Below the pieces are notes generated by a model, which saw only the letters and a list, made by a program, of their open reading frames with translations, searched no databases and was not told where the DNA came from. Of a stretch of DNA of 64,000 nucleotides, positions 37,619 through 49,382 are shown in pieces; the stretch's first letter is position 1, and every line of letters starts with the position of its first letter. Location of the stretch: contig NC_052148.1 in NCBI RefSeq assembly GCF_902713615.1, positions 98,325,098 through 98,389,097 of the forward strand. Direction: 5' to 3'. The position numbers and the translations under genes are program-made. This DNA is from Scyliorhinus canicula. Taxonomy: Eukaryota.

Positions 37619-38861
37619 AACTACTGAAATATAATTTCCAGCTAATGTAAACCACATCTCACCAAAGTGATTGAAATGGCATTTGTTGCAGATGTTAATA
37701 TTTACTTTGAATAGTCCTTAGAGTTGAAGCAGGATACAGGTAAGTAAAATCAAAAACAAGATATTTTCCCACTCCCCCCACAGGGTCTGTCTGTAATTTG
37801 CTCTGGTGTTTTGCTTTCAGAGAGGACTGACCTTTCTTCTGCTATGAACACATTCTGCTATCTGACCTTTAAGGCAGGTGCTAATACTGGCTTAGTCTTT
37901 AACACCATCATTACTACTCCCTTTGTCTTGTGTTTTGACATCGCTGTCAAATCTCTCCTGATTCCCACTTATCCCTAACCTACAATTTTGCCACACTTAC
38001 TCCACTTACTCTTCAACAGTGTAAATTCCATCACATTTCTACCTCTCTTCAGCTCTGAAGAAGAGTCATATGGACTCTAAAATTTAACTCTGTTCTTCTC
38101 TCCACAACTTTTCCTTTTTTTCAAATTTAGTTTTATGGGAGGTGTGCTTCACTGGCTCGGCCAGTATTTATTGTCTATTCCTAATTGCGCTTGAGAAAGT
38201 GATGGTGAGCTGCCTTCTTGAACCACGACAGTCCCTGTGGTGTAGGTACATGCATAGTGCTGCCAGACTTGTTGAGATTTTCCACAAGTTTCTGTTTTGA
38301 TTTCAGACAGGAAAATTACTTTGTTTCTTTCTTCCTCCACCATCATTTGAATGTAGCAAGGTAATTGAGGGATGCATGGCTGAGTTCCTTGGTGACAATT
38401 GTGTGCTACAAAGACAGGTTTTCCTTCCCCGTTTTCCTCAGTGAGAAAAATCGAGCCAAGAGTGTATTTCCTCATTCTAAATTGGGATTCATGAAAAAAC
38501 ACAAGTTGAATCCTTGAAAGTAAGCTCGAACTATCATTTGATTATTTTCTCATCCTAGTTTTTCCAGAGCACAACACTTTGTCTTGTTTTTATGGTGCAG
38601 GATGACTGGTGCTATTGCTGTGAACTAGCGTTATTTATAAAACATTTTCATGACATGAATGCACAACTGCAAAACATCTTCAGCCTTGTAACAACCTTCT
38701 AACATGTGCTACCTGACCTATGACCTCCAGATCAGGTGACCCCATGTAGCATAGCGTGTACCATATTGTATCAATGCTGGAGTCCACAACCACCTATTAT
38801 CATGACACACCTCACACAATCTGTGTTTCCCGATTGTGTTCTCAGTTTCCCAAAATACCGT

Positions 38862-39435
38862 GGTCAGGATTTTACTGGCTGGGGGTAGGCCCCAACATTG
38901 GGACCAACTGCCTGTGAAGGTGGGAAATGGGACCAAAGCGGTTCTTGCCTCTTCATTGGCTGCCACTGGGCCTACCATCCAATTAAGGATGCAGGCCCAA
39001 AATAGTGTGTCAGCTCTGCAGCCTCAGTACCACTGAAAGAGGTGCCCACTGCTCAGCTGAACGGAAACTGAGTGGGCATCTTTTGAGGTAACCCTGCAGG
39101 GAAGCTGTAATGTTGCCTTTTTCTCTTCTGGAGATAGGCAGGTTGATCTTTGCCATTGGAGGGATAATGCCTCCAGTGGCATGTTGGGGCCACAGAGACA
39201 ACCTTTACCACCGGGTGTCCTCTCCTTGAGCCATGGAGCCTTGAATGGAATATACAATGCCCATCCCCTAGAAAACCACTGGGAGACTGTCATGCAGCAA
39301 GGGGTTCGCTCAGCCACTGAAAAATATCCCTTAGTTAGGGCCACATAATGGTTGGGCAGTGGGGCTGCACCACACATTTTTGCCAGTCTCCATTCCTCCT
39401 AGCCCAACAGCTGGCTGCCAGTAAAATCTCTCCCC
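38862..39435. mobile_element. Old TIR-bounded non-autonomous DNA element
   Basis: Inverted ends GATTTTACTGGC / GCCAGTAAAATC. Confidence 0.5.
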
Positions 39436-39779
39436 ATGGTGACATTTCCCAGTGCTTCCCACATCCCAGTTATATTTTTGAACATTCTGCTCCACCTCAA
39501 CCACTCATTCGCTACAAAATTTGCCTATGCTTGGCCAATATTTAGATAATTGCATCAAACCCAGCGATCAAGCAAAAATCCTGTCAATATATTTGGTTTT
39601 GCTGGATTTACTACATTTACTTATATAATTTGCTTGTTTTCATTAATGGCTTAGAAATTGAAGGAAATCAGATTTTTAAACATTATAACATTGACATTGG
39701 AGCAGATAGGTTGGGAGAATTAACGTTTGACTAAAGTGAATGGTGAATCGCATATTTAGAAGTCCTATCATGGTTGGCA

Positions 39780-40655
39780 CCTTCATAGCTAGCACCCTCC
39801 ATACCAGGCAACATCCTGGTGAACCTCCTCTGCACCCTCTCTAAAGCATCCACATCCTTCTGGTAATGTGGTGACCAGAACTGCACGCAGTATTCCAAAT
39901 GTGGCCTAACCAAAGTCCTATACAACTGTAACATGACCTGCCGACTCTTGTACTCAATACCCCGTCCGATGAAGGCAAGCATGCTGTATGCCTTCTTGAC
40001 CACTCTATCGACCTGCGTTGCCACCTTCAGGATACAATGGACCTGAACTCCCAGATCTCTCTGTACATCAATTTTCCCCAGGACTCTTCCATTGACCGTA
40101 TAGTCCGCTCTTGAATTAGATCTTCCAAAATGCATCACCTCGCATTTGCCTGGATTGAACTCCATCTGCCATTTCTCTGCCCAACTCTCCAATCTATCTA
40201 TATTTTTCTGTATTCTCTGACAGTCCTCCTCGCTATCTGCAGCTCCACCAATCTTAGTATCATCTGCAAACTTGCTAATCAGACCACCTATACATTCCTC
40301 CAGATCATTTATGTATATCACAAACAACAGTGGTCCGAGCACGGATCCCTGTGGAACACCACTAGTCACCTTTCTCCATTTTGAGACACTCCCTTCCACC
40401 ACTACTCTCTGTCTCCTGTTGCCCAGCCAGTTCTTTATCCATCTAGCTAGTACACCCTGAACCCCATACGACTTCACTTTTTCCATCAACCTGCCATGGG
40501 AAACTTTATCAAATGCTTTACTGAAGTCCATGTATATGACATCTACAGCCCTTCCCTCATCAATTAACTTTGTCACTTCCTCAAAGAATTCTATTAGGTT
40601 TGTAAGACATGACCTTCCCTGCACAAAACCATGCTGCCTATCACTGATAAGTTTA
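39780..40655 (-). mobile_element. CR1 LINE RT fragment with open frame
   Basis: 297-aa ORF: SCLTNLIEFFE, YMDFSKAFDKV, SGVPQGSVLGP, FADD. Confidence 0.95.
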
Positions 40656-41251
40656 TCACCATTTGCTCCTACTTAGATACTGAAGCATTCCATGGCTGTA
40701 AGCAAGAAGACATGGGCGAAAAGTGGCAAGTAATGTTCATGCTACATTCATTATCGTCTGCTTTAAGCAGGTAAATCTCAACTGACACTTTGCCCCTGCC
40801 CCCCCCCCCTTCTAAGTTTGGAGCTATGGCTCTTGTTAAAGATTTAGAGAAATGAAAATCTGCAAGAGAGTGAAATCTAAAGAAACATTTTAATCACATG
40901 GAATATTCACCGTCCATAGAAACGCTTATTAACTGATGGAAGATGGACTGATCATTAGGAAGAAGTACACAACGGCTGAAGTATCTAACCTCAGCCTCAG
41001 AAATCAGATTAAATCATGTTTATAGGGGACTTCCGGTGGCGGCAATGCGGAGCTAAGCCGCACGTTCGGCAGCTCCCGCTAAAAACGGAATTTGGGGCTC
41101 TTTTCAGGGCCCCCAACGGAACTTCGACGATGAATCCCGACGTGGGAAGGGGTCTGGAGTAGATCGCTAAGGTCCTATAGTCCGGACCAGGAGTGGGGTG
41201 AGAGGAAAAACAGTGGAAGCGCCCCTGGAAAAGCGGGGGAAGAGAAACAAA

Positions 41252-42022
41252 ATGGTGGCCGGCGGAGCCCTCGAGGAGCTGAGGCAGTGGGCGCAGGAAC
41301 AGCAGGAAACTCTGCTGCACTGCTTCCAGGAGCTTAAGGTGGAGCTGCTGGAGTCGCTGAAGGCTACCACCAGAGAGTTGATGGAGACCCAGACAGCCCA
41401 GGGGGCCGCAATCCGGGAGCTGCAGCAGCAGGCCTCCGCAAGGGAGGATGAGGCCGTGGCCGTCACGGGGAAGGTGGAGATGCACGAGGCGCTCCATAAA
41501 AAGTGGCAGGAGTGGTTCGAGGAGCTGGACAACCGGTCGAGGCGGAAGAATTTGCGGATCCTGGGCCTCACGGAGGGGCTGGAGGGGTCGGACCTGGCGG
41601 CCTATGTAGTCGTTATGCTGAACTCGTTGATGGGAGCTGGGTCCTTCCAGGGGCCCCTGGAGTTGGAGGGGGCCCACAGAATTCTGGCCAGGAGGCCCAA
41701 GCCAAACGAGCTGCCGCGGGCAGTGTTGGTGCGGTTTCACCGGTTCGTTGATCGTGCGTACGTGCTCCGGTGGGCCAAGAAGGAGCGGAGCCGCAAGTGG
41801 GAGAACACGGAGGTGCGGATCTTCCAGGACTGGAGTGCAGAGGTGGCTAAGCGGAGTGCCGGGTTCAACCGGACGAAGGCGGTGCTCCACAGACGGAGCG
41901 TGAAGTTTGGCATGTTGCAGCCGGCGCATCTGTGGGTCACCTACAAGGACCGGCACCATTATTTTGAGTCCCCGGAGGAGGCATGGGCCTTTGTGCAGGC
42001 CGAGAAACTGGACTCAAACTGA
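41252..42022 (+). CDS. L1 ORF1 protein (coiled coil, RRM, CTD), open frame of 256 aa from the first ATG
   Basis: DNRSRRKNLRILGLTEG, LEGAHR, PRAVLVRF, IFQDWS, QPAHLWVT..FESPEEA motifs. Confidence 0.85.
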   Translation: MVAGGALEELRQWAQEQQETLLHCFQELKVELLESLKATTRELMETQTAQGAAIRELQQQASAREDEAVAVTGKVEMHEALHKKWQEWFEELDNRSRRKNLRILGLTEGLEGSDLAAYVVVMLNSLMGAGSFQGPLELEGAHRILARRPKPNELPRAVLVRFHRFVDRAYVLRWAKKERSRKWENTEVRIFQDWSAEVAKRSAGFNRTKAVLHRRSVKFGMLQPAHLWVTYKDRHHYFESPEEAWAFVQAEKLDSN

Positions 42023-42360
42023 GGGTCAAAGATGGGGGATTTTGTATGATAATGTAATTGTGTTTAATTTTTGCTCTGGGGGGGGGGGGGGGGTTCTCTG
42101 TTTAATGCAAGATGTGTGTTGGCTTTAGGGTGGGTGGGGCGATGTCGTTATGTCTTTTTGTATGGGTCGGGTGGACGGGTTCGGGCAGGGAGGTAAACTG
42201 GGAGTGCGGGGAGCTGGTGGTGGGGACTGGCAATGGGAGTTGCCCTGGAGGAGGCGGGGTTAGGCAGGGCGAAAGCGCGGGCTTTTCTCTGGTTTCCCAC
42301 GCTGTGGGATGATGGGGGCGGGGTCGGGGCTGAGAAGCGCGGGCCGTTGCTGGCTGTTAT

Positions 42361-42646
42361 TGATGTACCATCAATTGAACGCGAGACGAGTTGCTGGACA
42401 AAAGTATGGCTTTAATCTGCTAGATGTTAGCCCTGCGGTCGATTACAGTATAAGGACGACCGCCGGGAGTACTGAGTATTTATACCCTGCCCTGGAGGCG
42501 GGGTTAACACAGCCTCTCGACCAATCGGGGAGCTGTCACATGACTGATCTCAACCAACCGGTCGAGAGGCACATGACCGACCAGGGCCAATCGTAAGCCG
42601 GTGTTCTGCACCAATGGCAGGCAGTTATGCTAATCATACCGCCACA
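42361..42646 (-). mobile_element. Solo LTR in the L1 inter-ORF spacer
   Basis: Reverse strand TGTGGCGGTATG...AATTGATGGTACATCA, TSD GTTAT (42356-42360 / 42647-42651); close relative of the 13193 LTR. Confidence 0.93.
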
Positions 42647-42972
42647 GTTATTTGCCCGTGCAAGAGCGGGGGGGAGGAGGGCCTGCTGAGGGGCACGGAG
42701 GAAGAGGAGTAGTCCCACGTGGGGAGGAGTCGGAGGTATGGCGGGAGTCGCCGGGGTCAGCAGAAGTTAGCTGGCTCACGGGAGTGCTATGGAGGGAGGG
42801 ACGCGGCTAGGAGGGGTCCTAGCCTGGGGGGGGGGGTTACCAGGTTGTTGCTGAAATGGCCAGGATGGAGCTGGAGGATGCAGGGGGTGCTGGGGGGGGG
42901 GGGGGGGGAGTTGCCACCATGGGGAACAGGCCGAGCGGGGGACGCTGGCCAGTGGTGGGCAGGGGGTGGGTT

Positions 42973-45870
42973 ATGGCTAATCGGGAGGGGAGGGGGGCAG
43001 GGTGTCCTCTGATCCGGCTGATAACCTGGAATGTCTGAATGGGCCGGTCAAACGGGCCCGGGTGTTTGCGCACTTGAAGGGGCTGAAGGCGGATGTGGCC
43101 ATGCTCCAAGAGACACACCTGAAAGTGGCGGACCAGGTTCGGCTGAGGAAGGGATGGGTGGGCCAAGTATTTCATTCAGGGCTGGTTGAGAAGAATCGGG
43201 GGGTGCCGATCCTGGTGGGAAAGAGGGTGCCGTTTGTGGCGTTGAGGGTGGTGGCTGACAGTGGCGGGAGGTATGTGATGGTGAGTGGTAAACTGCAGGG
43301 GGAGCGGGTGGTGTTGGTGAATGTTTACGCCCCAAATTGGGACGATGCGGGGTTTATGCGGCGCATGTTGGGCCGCATTCTGGACCTGGAGGTGGGGGGC
43401 CTGATCAAGGGGGGGGGACTTCAACACGGTGCTGGATCCCCCATTGGATCGATCCAAATCCCGGACAGGTAGGAGGCCAGCAGCGGCTGAGGCGTTGAGG
43501 GGATTTATGGATCAGATGGGAGGGGTGGATCCCTGGAGGTTTGCGAGGCCAAGGGCCAGGGAGTACTCGTTTTTCTCCCACGTGCATAAGGCCTATTCGA
43601 GGATTGATTTTTTTTGTCCTGAGCAGGTGGCTGGTTTCGAGGGTGGAGGATGTTGAATACCCTGCCATTGCCATTTCGGATCATGCCCTGCACTGGGTGG
43701 ACCTTGGGTTAGGGGAGGAGAGGGACCAACGTCTGCTCTGGCGCTTGGAGGTGGGGCTGTTGGCAGATGAGGAGGTGGCCGGGAGGGTTCGGGGGTGTAT
43801 TGAGAGGTACCTTGAGGCCAACGATAATGGGGAGGTCCGAGTGGGGACGGTCTGGGAGGCATTGAAGGCGGTCATTAGAGGGGAGTTGATTTCCATCTGA
43901 ACCCATAGGGAGAGGGGGAGCAGAGGGAGAGGGAGAGATTGATAGGGGAGATGGTGAGGGTGGATAGGAGATATGTGGAGGCTCCGGAGGAGGGATTGCT
44001 GGGGGAGAGGCGTAGCCTTCAGGCCAGGTTCGACCTATTGACTACCAGAAAGGCGGAAGCTCAGTCGAGGAAAGCACAGGGGGCGGTGTATGAATATGGG
44101 GAGAAGGCGAGCAGGATGCTGGCACACCAGCTTCGAAAGCGGGACGCGGCCAGGGAGATTGGGGGAGTGATGGATAGAGTTGGGAAGATGGTGCGGAGGG
44201 GGTTAGACGTTAATGGGGTCTTTAGGGACTTTTATGGGGATCTGTACCGGTCTGAACCCCCGGTGGAGGGGGGGGGGGGGGGAAATGGGGCGCTTCTTGG
44301 ACAAGCTGAGATTTCCGAGGGTGGAGGAGGGGCAGGTGGAGGGACTGGGGGCGCCGATTGAGCTGGAGGAGCTGGTTAAATGGATAGGGAGCATGCAGTC
44401 GGGGAAGGCGCCGGGGCCGGATGGGTTTCCGGCCGAATTTTATAAAAGGTATGCGGACCTGTTGGGCCACCTGTTGGTCCAGACCTTTAACGAGGCAAGG
44501 GAGGGGGAGGCTTTGCTCCCAACTATTTCACGGTGCTGATTTCCTTGATCCTGAAGCGGGACAAGGACCCTCTGCAGTGTGGGTCATATAGGCCGATCTC
44601 GCTGCTAAATGTAGACGCCAAGCTGCTGGCAAAGATCTTAACCACAAGAATAGAGGATTGTGTGCCGGGGGTCATTCATGAGGACCAGACGGGGTTTGTG
44701 AAGGGAAGGCAGTTGAATACTAACGTACGAAGGCTCCTCAACGTTGTTATGATGCCGGCTGTGGAAGGGGAGGCGTAGATAGTGGTGGCATTAGATGCGG
44801 AGAAGGCCTTTGATAGGGTTGAGTGGGGGTATCTGTGGGATGTGTTGGAAAGGTTTAGGTTTGGGGAGGGGTTTGTCCGTTGGGTGAGGTTGCTCTATGC
44901 GGCCCCGATGGCGAGTGTAGCCACGAATAGGAGGAGGTCGCAGTACTTTCGGCTGTACCGGGGGATGAGACAGGGGTGTCCCCTGTCCCCCTTGCTCTTT
45001 GCGTTGGCAATTGAGCCCCGGCCATGGCGTTGAGGGGGTCAGGGAACTGGAGGGGCCTGGTGCGGGGTGGGGAGGAGCATCGAGTGTTGCTTTATGCGGA
45101 CGACCTGTTGCTCTATGTGGCTGACCCGGTGGGGGGGGGGATGCCGGAGATGATGAGGATTCTCAGTGAATTTGGGGGCTTCTCTGGGTATAAGCGGTAC
45201 CTGGGCAAGAGCGAGTTGTTCGTGGTGCAGCCGGGGGATCAGGAGGAGGGGATTGGTAGGCTCCCACTGAAGCAGGCAGGGAAGAGCTTCAGGTACCGAG
45301 GAGTGCAGGTGGCAGGGAGCTGGGGGGCACTGCACAAGCTCAACCTCACAAGGTTGGTGGAGCAGATGGAGGAGGAGTTCAAAAGGTGGGATATGTTACC
45401 GCTGTCACTGGCGGGGAGGGTGCAGTCCGTTAAGATGACGGTGCTCCCGAGGTTTTTGTTTCTGTTCCAGTGCCTTCCAATCCTTATCCCGAAGGCCTTT
45501 TTTAGGAGAGTTAACAGGAGTATTACGGGATTTGTGTGGGCGCATGGGACTCCGAGGGTGAGAAGAGTGTTCTTGGAGCGGGGCAGGGATAGGGGGGGCT
45601 GGCGCTGCCCAACCTCTGTGGGTACTATTGGGCTGCCAACGCAGCGATGGTGCACAAGTGGGTAATGGACGGGGAAGGGGCAGCATGGAAGAGGATGGAG
45701 ATGGCATCCTGTGTGGCACGAGCCTGGAGGCGCTGGTAACTGCGCCGTTGCCGCTCCCTCCAACGAGGTATACCACAAGCCTGGTGGCGGCGGCTACCCT
45801 CAAAATTTGGGGGCAATGGAGACGACCAAGGGGAGAAGTGGGGGGCTCGACGGAGGCCCCGATACGGGTT
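42973..45870 (+). pseudogene. L1 ORF2 (APE endonuclease + RT), frameshifted
   Basis: [49 protein letters not shown] (45093); the CCHC region is missing. Confidence 0.92.
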
Positions 45871-46419
45871 CTCCATTGGTTCGGTGGGAGGGAGAATTGT
45901 GTACATGGGTTTGTTGGATGTGGCGGGTGTTATCTCTTTCCTTTTTGTTGTTTGCTTTTTTTTTGTTTTTGTAGTTGCTTTTGTAGTTGGGTGAGTGTTG
46001 TTCTTGGGTTTTTACCATGGTTGTTTTGTTAATATTGTTTTGTTGTTTATATTTTGTGAAAATCTTAATAAAAATTATTTCTTTAAAAATAAATCATGTT
46101 TATAGTCTCCAATGTACAAAGATTGCTTCCAGCTAATTTAGTTTAGGCCATGATGACTAAATCAAAACCATTTCTGCGAGTTAAAGGTGAAGGGCTGTCC
46201 TCAGTCTGTTCTTACACTGGGTATCAAATTAACTGCCCCACACATGCACTGAGTATTGATTTACACCTGAAATCAGTAATGAATTCACAGCATGTACTTC
46301 AACTACAATGTACACATTTTCTGCTTCACAACATTAAACTAAACAGGGAAGAATCTAATGCAGTTTGGCTTCTAACATTGGAGCACATCACTGAAATTAG
46401 CCCACTTGTTTTGGAATAG

Positions 46420-46768
46420 GATTGGATTTGTTTATTGTCACATGTACCGAGGTACCAGTGAAAAGTATGTTTCTGCGAGCAGCTCAAACAGATCATTTAG
46501 GGGAAAAAAACAACGTAATAGGGCAATACAAGGTACACAGTATAAACACATAGACACAGGCATTGGGTGAAGCATACAGGAGTGAAGTATTAATCAGGTC
46601 AGTCCATAAGAGGGTCGTTTAGGAGTCTGGTAACTGCGGGGAAGAAGCTGTTTTTGAATCTGTTTGTGCATGCTCTCAGACTTTTGTACCTCCTACCTGA
46701 TGGAAGAAGTTGTAAGAGTGAGTAAGCCGGGTGGGAGGGGTCTTTGATTATGCTGCCCGCTTTCTCCT
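46420..46768 (-). mobile_element. Rex1/Babar-type LINE 3' end
   Basis: IIKDPSHPAYSLLQLLPSGRRYKSL..RFKNSFFPAVTRLLN followed by a GTGACAATAAAC tail. Confidence 0.75.
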
Positions 46769-47718
46769 CAAATTTTTTTTTAAACCCACAATATAATAAA
46801 AGATCTAATTGGAAAGAATTTCTATAATGTGCCACCTGAGACAAATTATACATTAACCAGAAAATGCAGTGGTACAACATTAGTATATTTGTACTTTGAA
46901 ATATATTGTAATGTATTGTTAAAGACAGAAGCTGTTGGAGACATATATATATATATATATATAGGTAAATAAGGCATGAGAATTTCTTAGTTCAATTAAG
47001 ATTTTCAAAGGTTTCAAAGTTGATTTGAATTCAGAACTATTGTATTTTTCAGGCTGCCAAATTGAACATCAATTACATGCAGTATATTAAAATATTAATA
47101 TAGATTATTTAAATCACTTTTGGAAACTTATCAGTCTATTCATTGATTAAATTGTATAAACATGAGGTGACTTTCCTCTTTATGGCAATTTTACTGATTT
47201 ACTGCCACATGGATAATGGTTTCCAGCAGGCTGGATTTCACACTCCCCTGCTGGCACATTTGAAGGTGGGTTAGCTCGGATGGAAACTGAAGGAAATTAG
47301 TATTACTAGAAAAATAGTGCTGGAGAAATTAATGGGATTGAAAGCTGATAAATCCCCAGGGCCTGATAATCTACATCCCAGGTTACTAAAAGAAGCGGCC
47401 ATGAAAATAACGGATGTGTTGGTAGTCACCTTACAAAATTCTGTAGATTCTGGAACAGTCCTGGCAGATTAAATGGTGACAAATATAACCCCAATATTTA
47501 AAAAGAGAAAGGAGAGCAAAAACAGGGAATTACAGACTGGTTACCCTAATGTCAATAGTAGGGAAAATGCTAGAATCTATTGAAAGGATGCGGTAGCAGG
47601 ACACTTAGAAAATATTGACGAGATTAGACAAAATCAACATGGATTTACGAATGGGAAATCATGTTTAACAAACCTACTGGATTTTTTGTGGAGGTATCTA
47701 GTAGAATAGATAAGGGTG

Positions 47719-47937
47719 TGTTAAGTAATGGGTTAAGCGGCATTCCAATTAGTTGTCTCATTTATGTTAAGCATCCAATAATTGACACTGATATGTAAAG
47801 GGGCTTCAGGTGGCCCTTGTGTCAGATGATGTGATGTTAAAAGTTTTGTGCAAAGTCTGTTGAAGGAATTAAAGGTGTTTTGTGGAAAAGCAGCAGAACC
47901 TTTGACTCTTTATACTACAGCAGCTAAACGTCTAACA
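47719..47937 (+). mobile_element. Solo LTR of an unrelated family
   Basis: TGTTA...TAACA inverted termini, 5-bp TSD GGGTG (47714-47718 / 47938-47942); cleanly interrupts the CR1. Confidence 0.85.
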
Positions 47938-48055
47938 GGGTGAACCAGTGGGTGTAGTGTATTTGGATTTTCAGAAAGATTTTGATAAAGCCCCACATAA
48001 GAGGTTCATGTGCAAAATTGAAATGCATGGGATTGGGGTAATATATTGGCATGAA

Positions 48056-48285
48056 GGGGTGGCACGTGGCACAGTGGTTAGCACTGCTTCCTCACGGCGC
48101 TGAGGAACCGGATTCGAATCCCGGACCTGGGTCACTGTCCGTTGGAGTTTGCACATTCTCCCCGTGTCTGCATGCGTTTCACCCCCCCGGGTAGATGTGC
48201 AGGGTAGGTGGATTGGCCACGCTAAATTGCCCGTTCATTGGAAAAAAATTTAATTGGGTACTCTAAATTTATTTATTTTTTAAAT
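48056..48285 (+). mobile_element. Short V-SINE-like SINE
   Basis: tRNA head and the AAATTGCCC..TTGGAAAAAA..GGGTACTCTAAATTT end. Confidence 0.8.
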
Positions 48286-48705
48286 TGCCATTGATTGAGA
48301 ATTGGTTCACAGGCAGGAATCAAAGAGTAAGGCTAAATGGGCCTTTTTTGAAGTGGAAGATGGTGACAAGTGGGAGCCTGCAGGGATCAGTGTTTAGACA
48401 CCTGCTGTTCACAATATACATCAACGATTTGGGTGAGGGAATTGAAAGTAAATGGAATTCTCCATTTCATAGAGTGCTGATGCCAGGGCTGAATCGTGTG
48501 CGTTCTATTGTTCCGAAAGTGGCGCCAGTCCAGGAGTGATGCAGAACATCCTAATGGGCTAGCACAAGCCTCATGTGAACTAGTGTAATTCCAACGAAAG
48601 CTAGCATGTGATTTGCTGGGGTCGGAATTGGCACTCAAGAGTCTGACAAGCTGCAGCCACATATAAACACTCCACTCCGCACACACTCTCATTCCAGCCA
48701 AGCAG

Positions 48706-48921
48706 ATGCCACCCCGAAGAGTGGCACCAAGGTTTGATGGAGACACTACTGGATATCGTGGAGAGGACCCTGTTTGCCAGGGTGGGAAGGAGACTCCACC
48801 CACGGATGTCAACTGGGCCTGGGCCCAAGTGGCAGAGGGCACAGGCGCCATGGGCACCGCGGCCAGGATGGGCCAGCAGTGAAGAAGGAAGCTGCACGAC
48901 CTCAGGGCAGTCAGGGTGAGT
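48706..48921 (+). pseudogene. Harbinger-type Myb/SANT-like exon remnant
   Basis: MPPRRVAPRF..LLDIVE..AWAQVAE..QQ*RRKLHDL followed by G|GTGAGT donor. Confidence 0.6.
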
Positions 48922-49151
48922 CAATGCCACCATGCCCCTGGCACCAACCCCTAACCCACACCCCACCCCAATCAGACATCTTGAGTGGGAGCCTTCATCA
49001 AAAGCCAGTCAAATATGAGACTCATGTGATAGTGCAGCATGAATTATTATGTAGTATTATGCCTGCTATAGTTGCAACATATCAGTTGCCCTGCCATTTT
49101 CACCTGGTAGGTTTCATGTTTTGAAATATCACTCAAAGATTATTAGCGAAG

Positions 49152-49382
49152 GGAGGGCAGCACGGTGGCGCAGTGGGTTAGCCCTGCTGCCTCACGGCGT
49201 CGAGGTCCCAGGTTCGATCCCGGCTCTGGGTCACTGTCCGTGTGGAGTTTGCACATTCTCCCCGTGTCTGCGTGGGTTTCACCCCCATAACCCAAAAATG
49301 TGCAGGGTAGGTGGATTGGCGACGCTAAATTGCCCTTTAATTGGAAAAAATTAATTGGATACTCTAAATTTATATTTAAAAA
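49152..49382 (+). mobile_element. Short V-SINE-like SINE with A tail
   Basis: A box TGGCGCAGTGG, B box GGTTCGATCC, 17-bp TSD AAAGATTATTAGCGAAG (49135-49151 / 49383-49399). Confidence 0.92.

Larger units (their letters stand above)
41026..46090 (+). mobile_element. L1-clade LINE with both ends and TSD; ORF2 C-terminus deleted
   Basis: 15-bp TSD AAATCATGTTTATAG (41011-41025 / 46091-46105) at a TT|AAA site; GGACTTCCGG 5' start; AATAAA and A-rich end. Confidence 0.95.
47295..48450 (+). mobile_element. Degraded CR1 RT fragment with solo LTR and SINE insertions
   Basis: KSPGPDNLHPRLLKE, NYRLVTL, QHGF..GKSCLTNLL, YLDFQK remnants. Confidence 0.82.

Noticed and set aside
41009-41959. 316-aa antisense ORF over L1 ORF1
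   Set aside because: Shadow ORF; the equivalent frame in the second L1 copy is much shorter.
49152-49225. tRNA genes (A/B boxes here and at similar sites)
   Set aside because: Each continues into a SINE core and tail; these are SINE heads.
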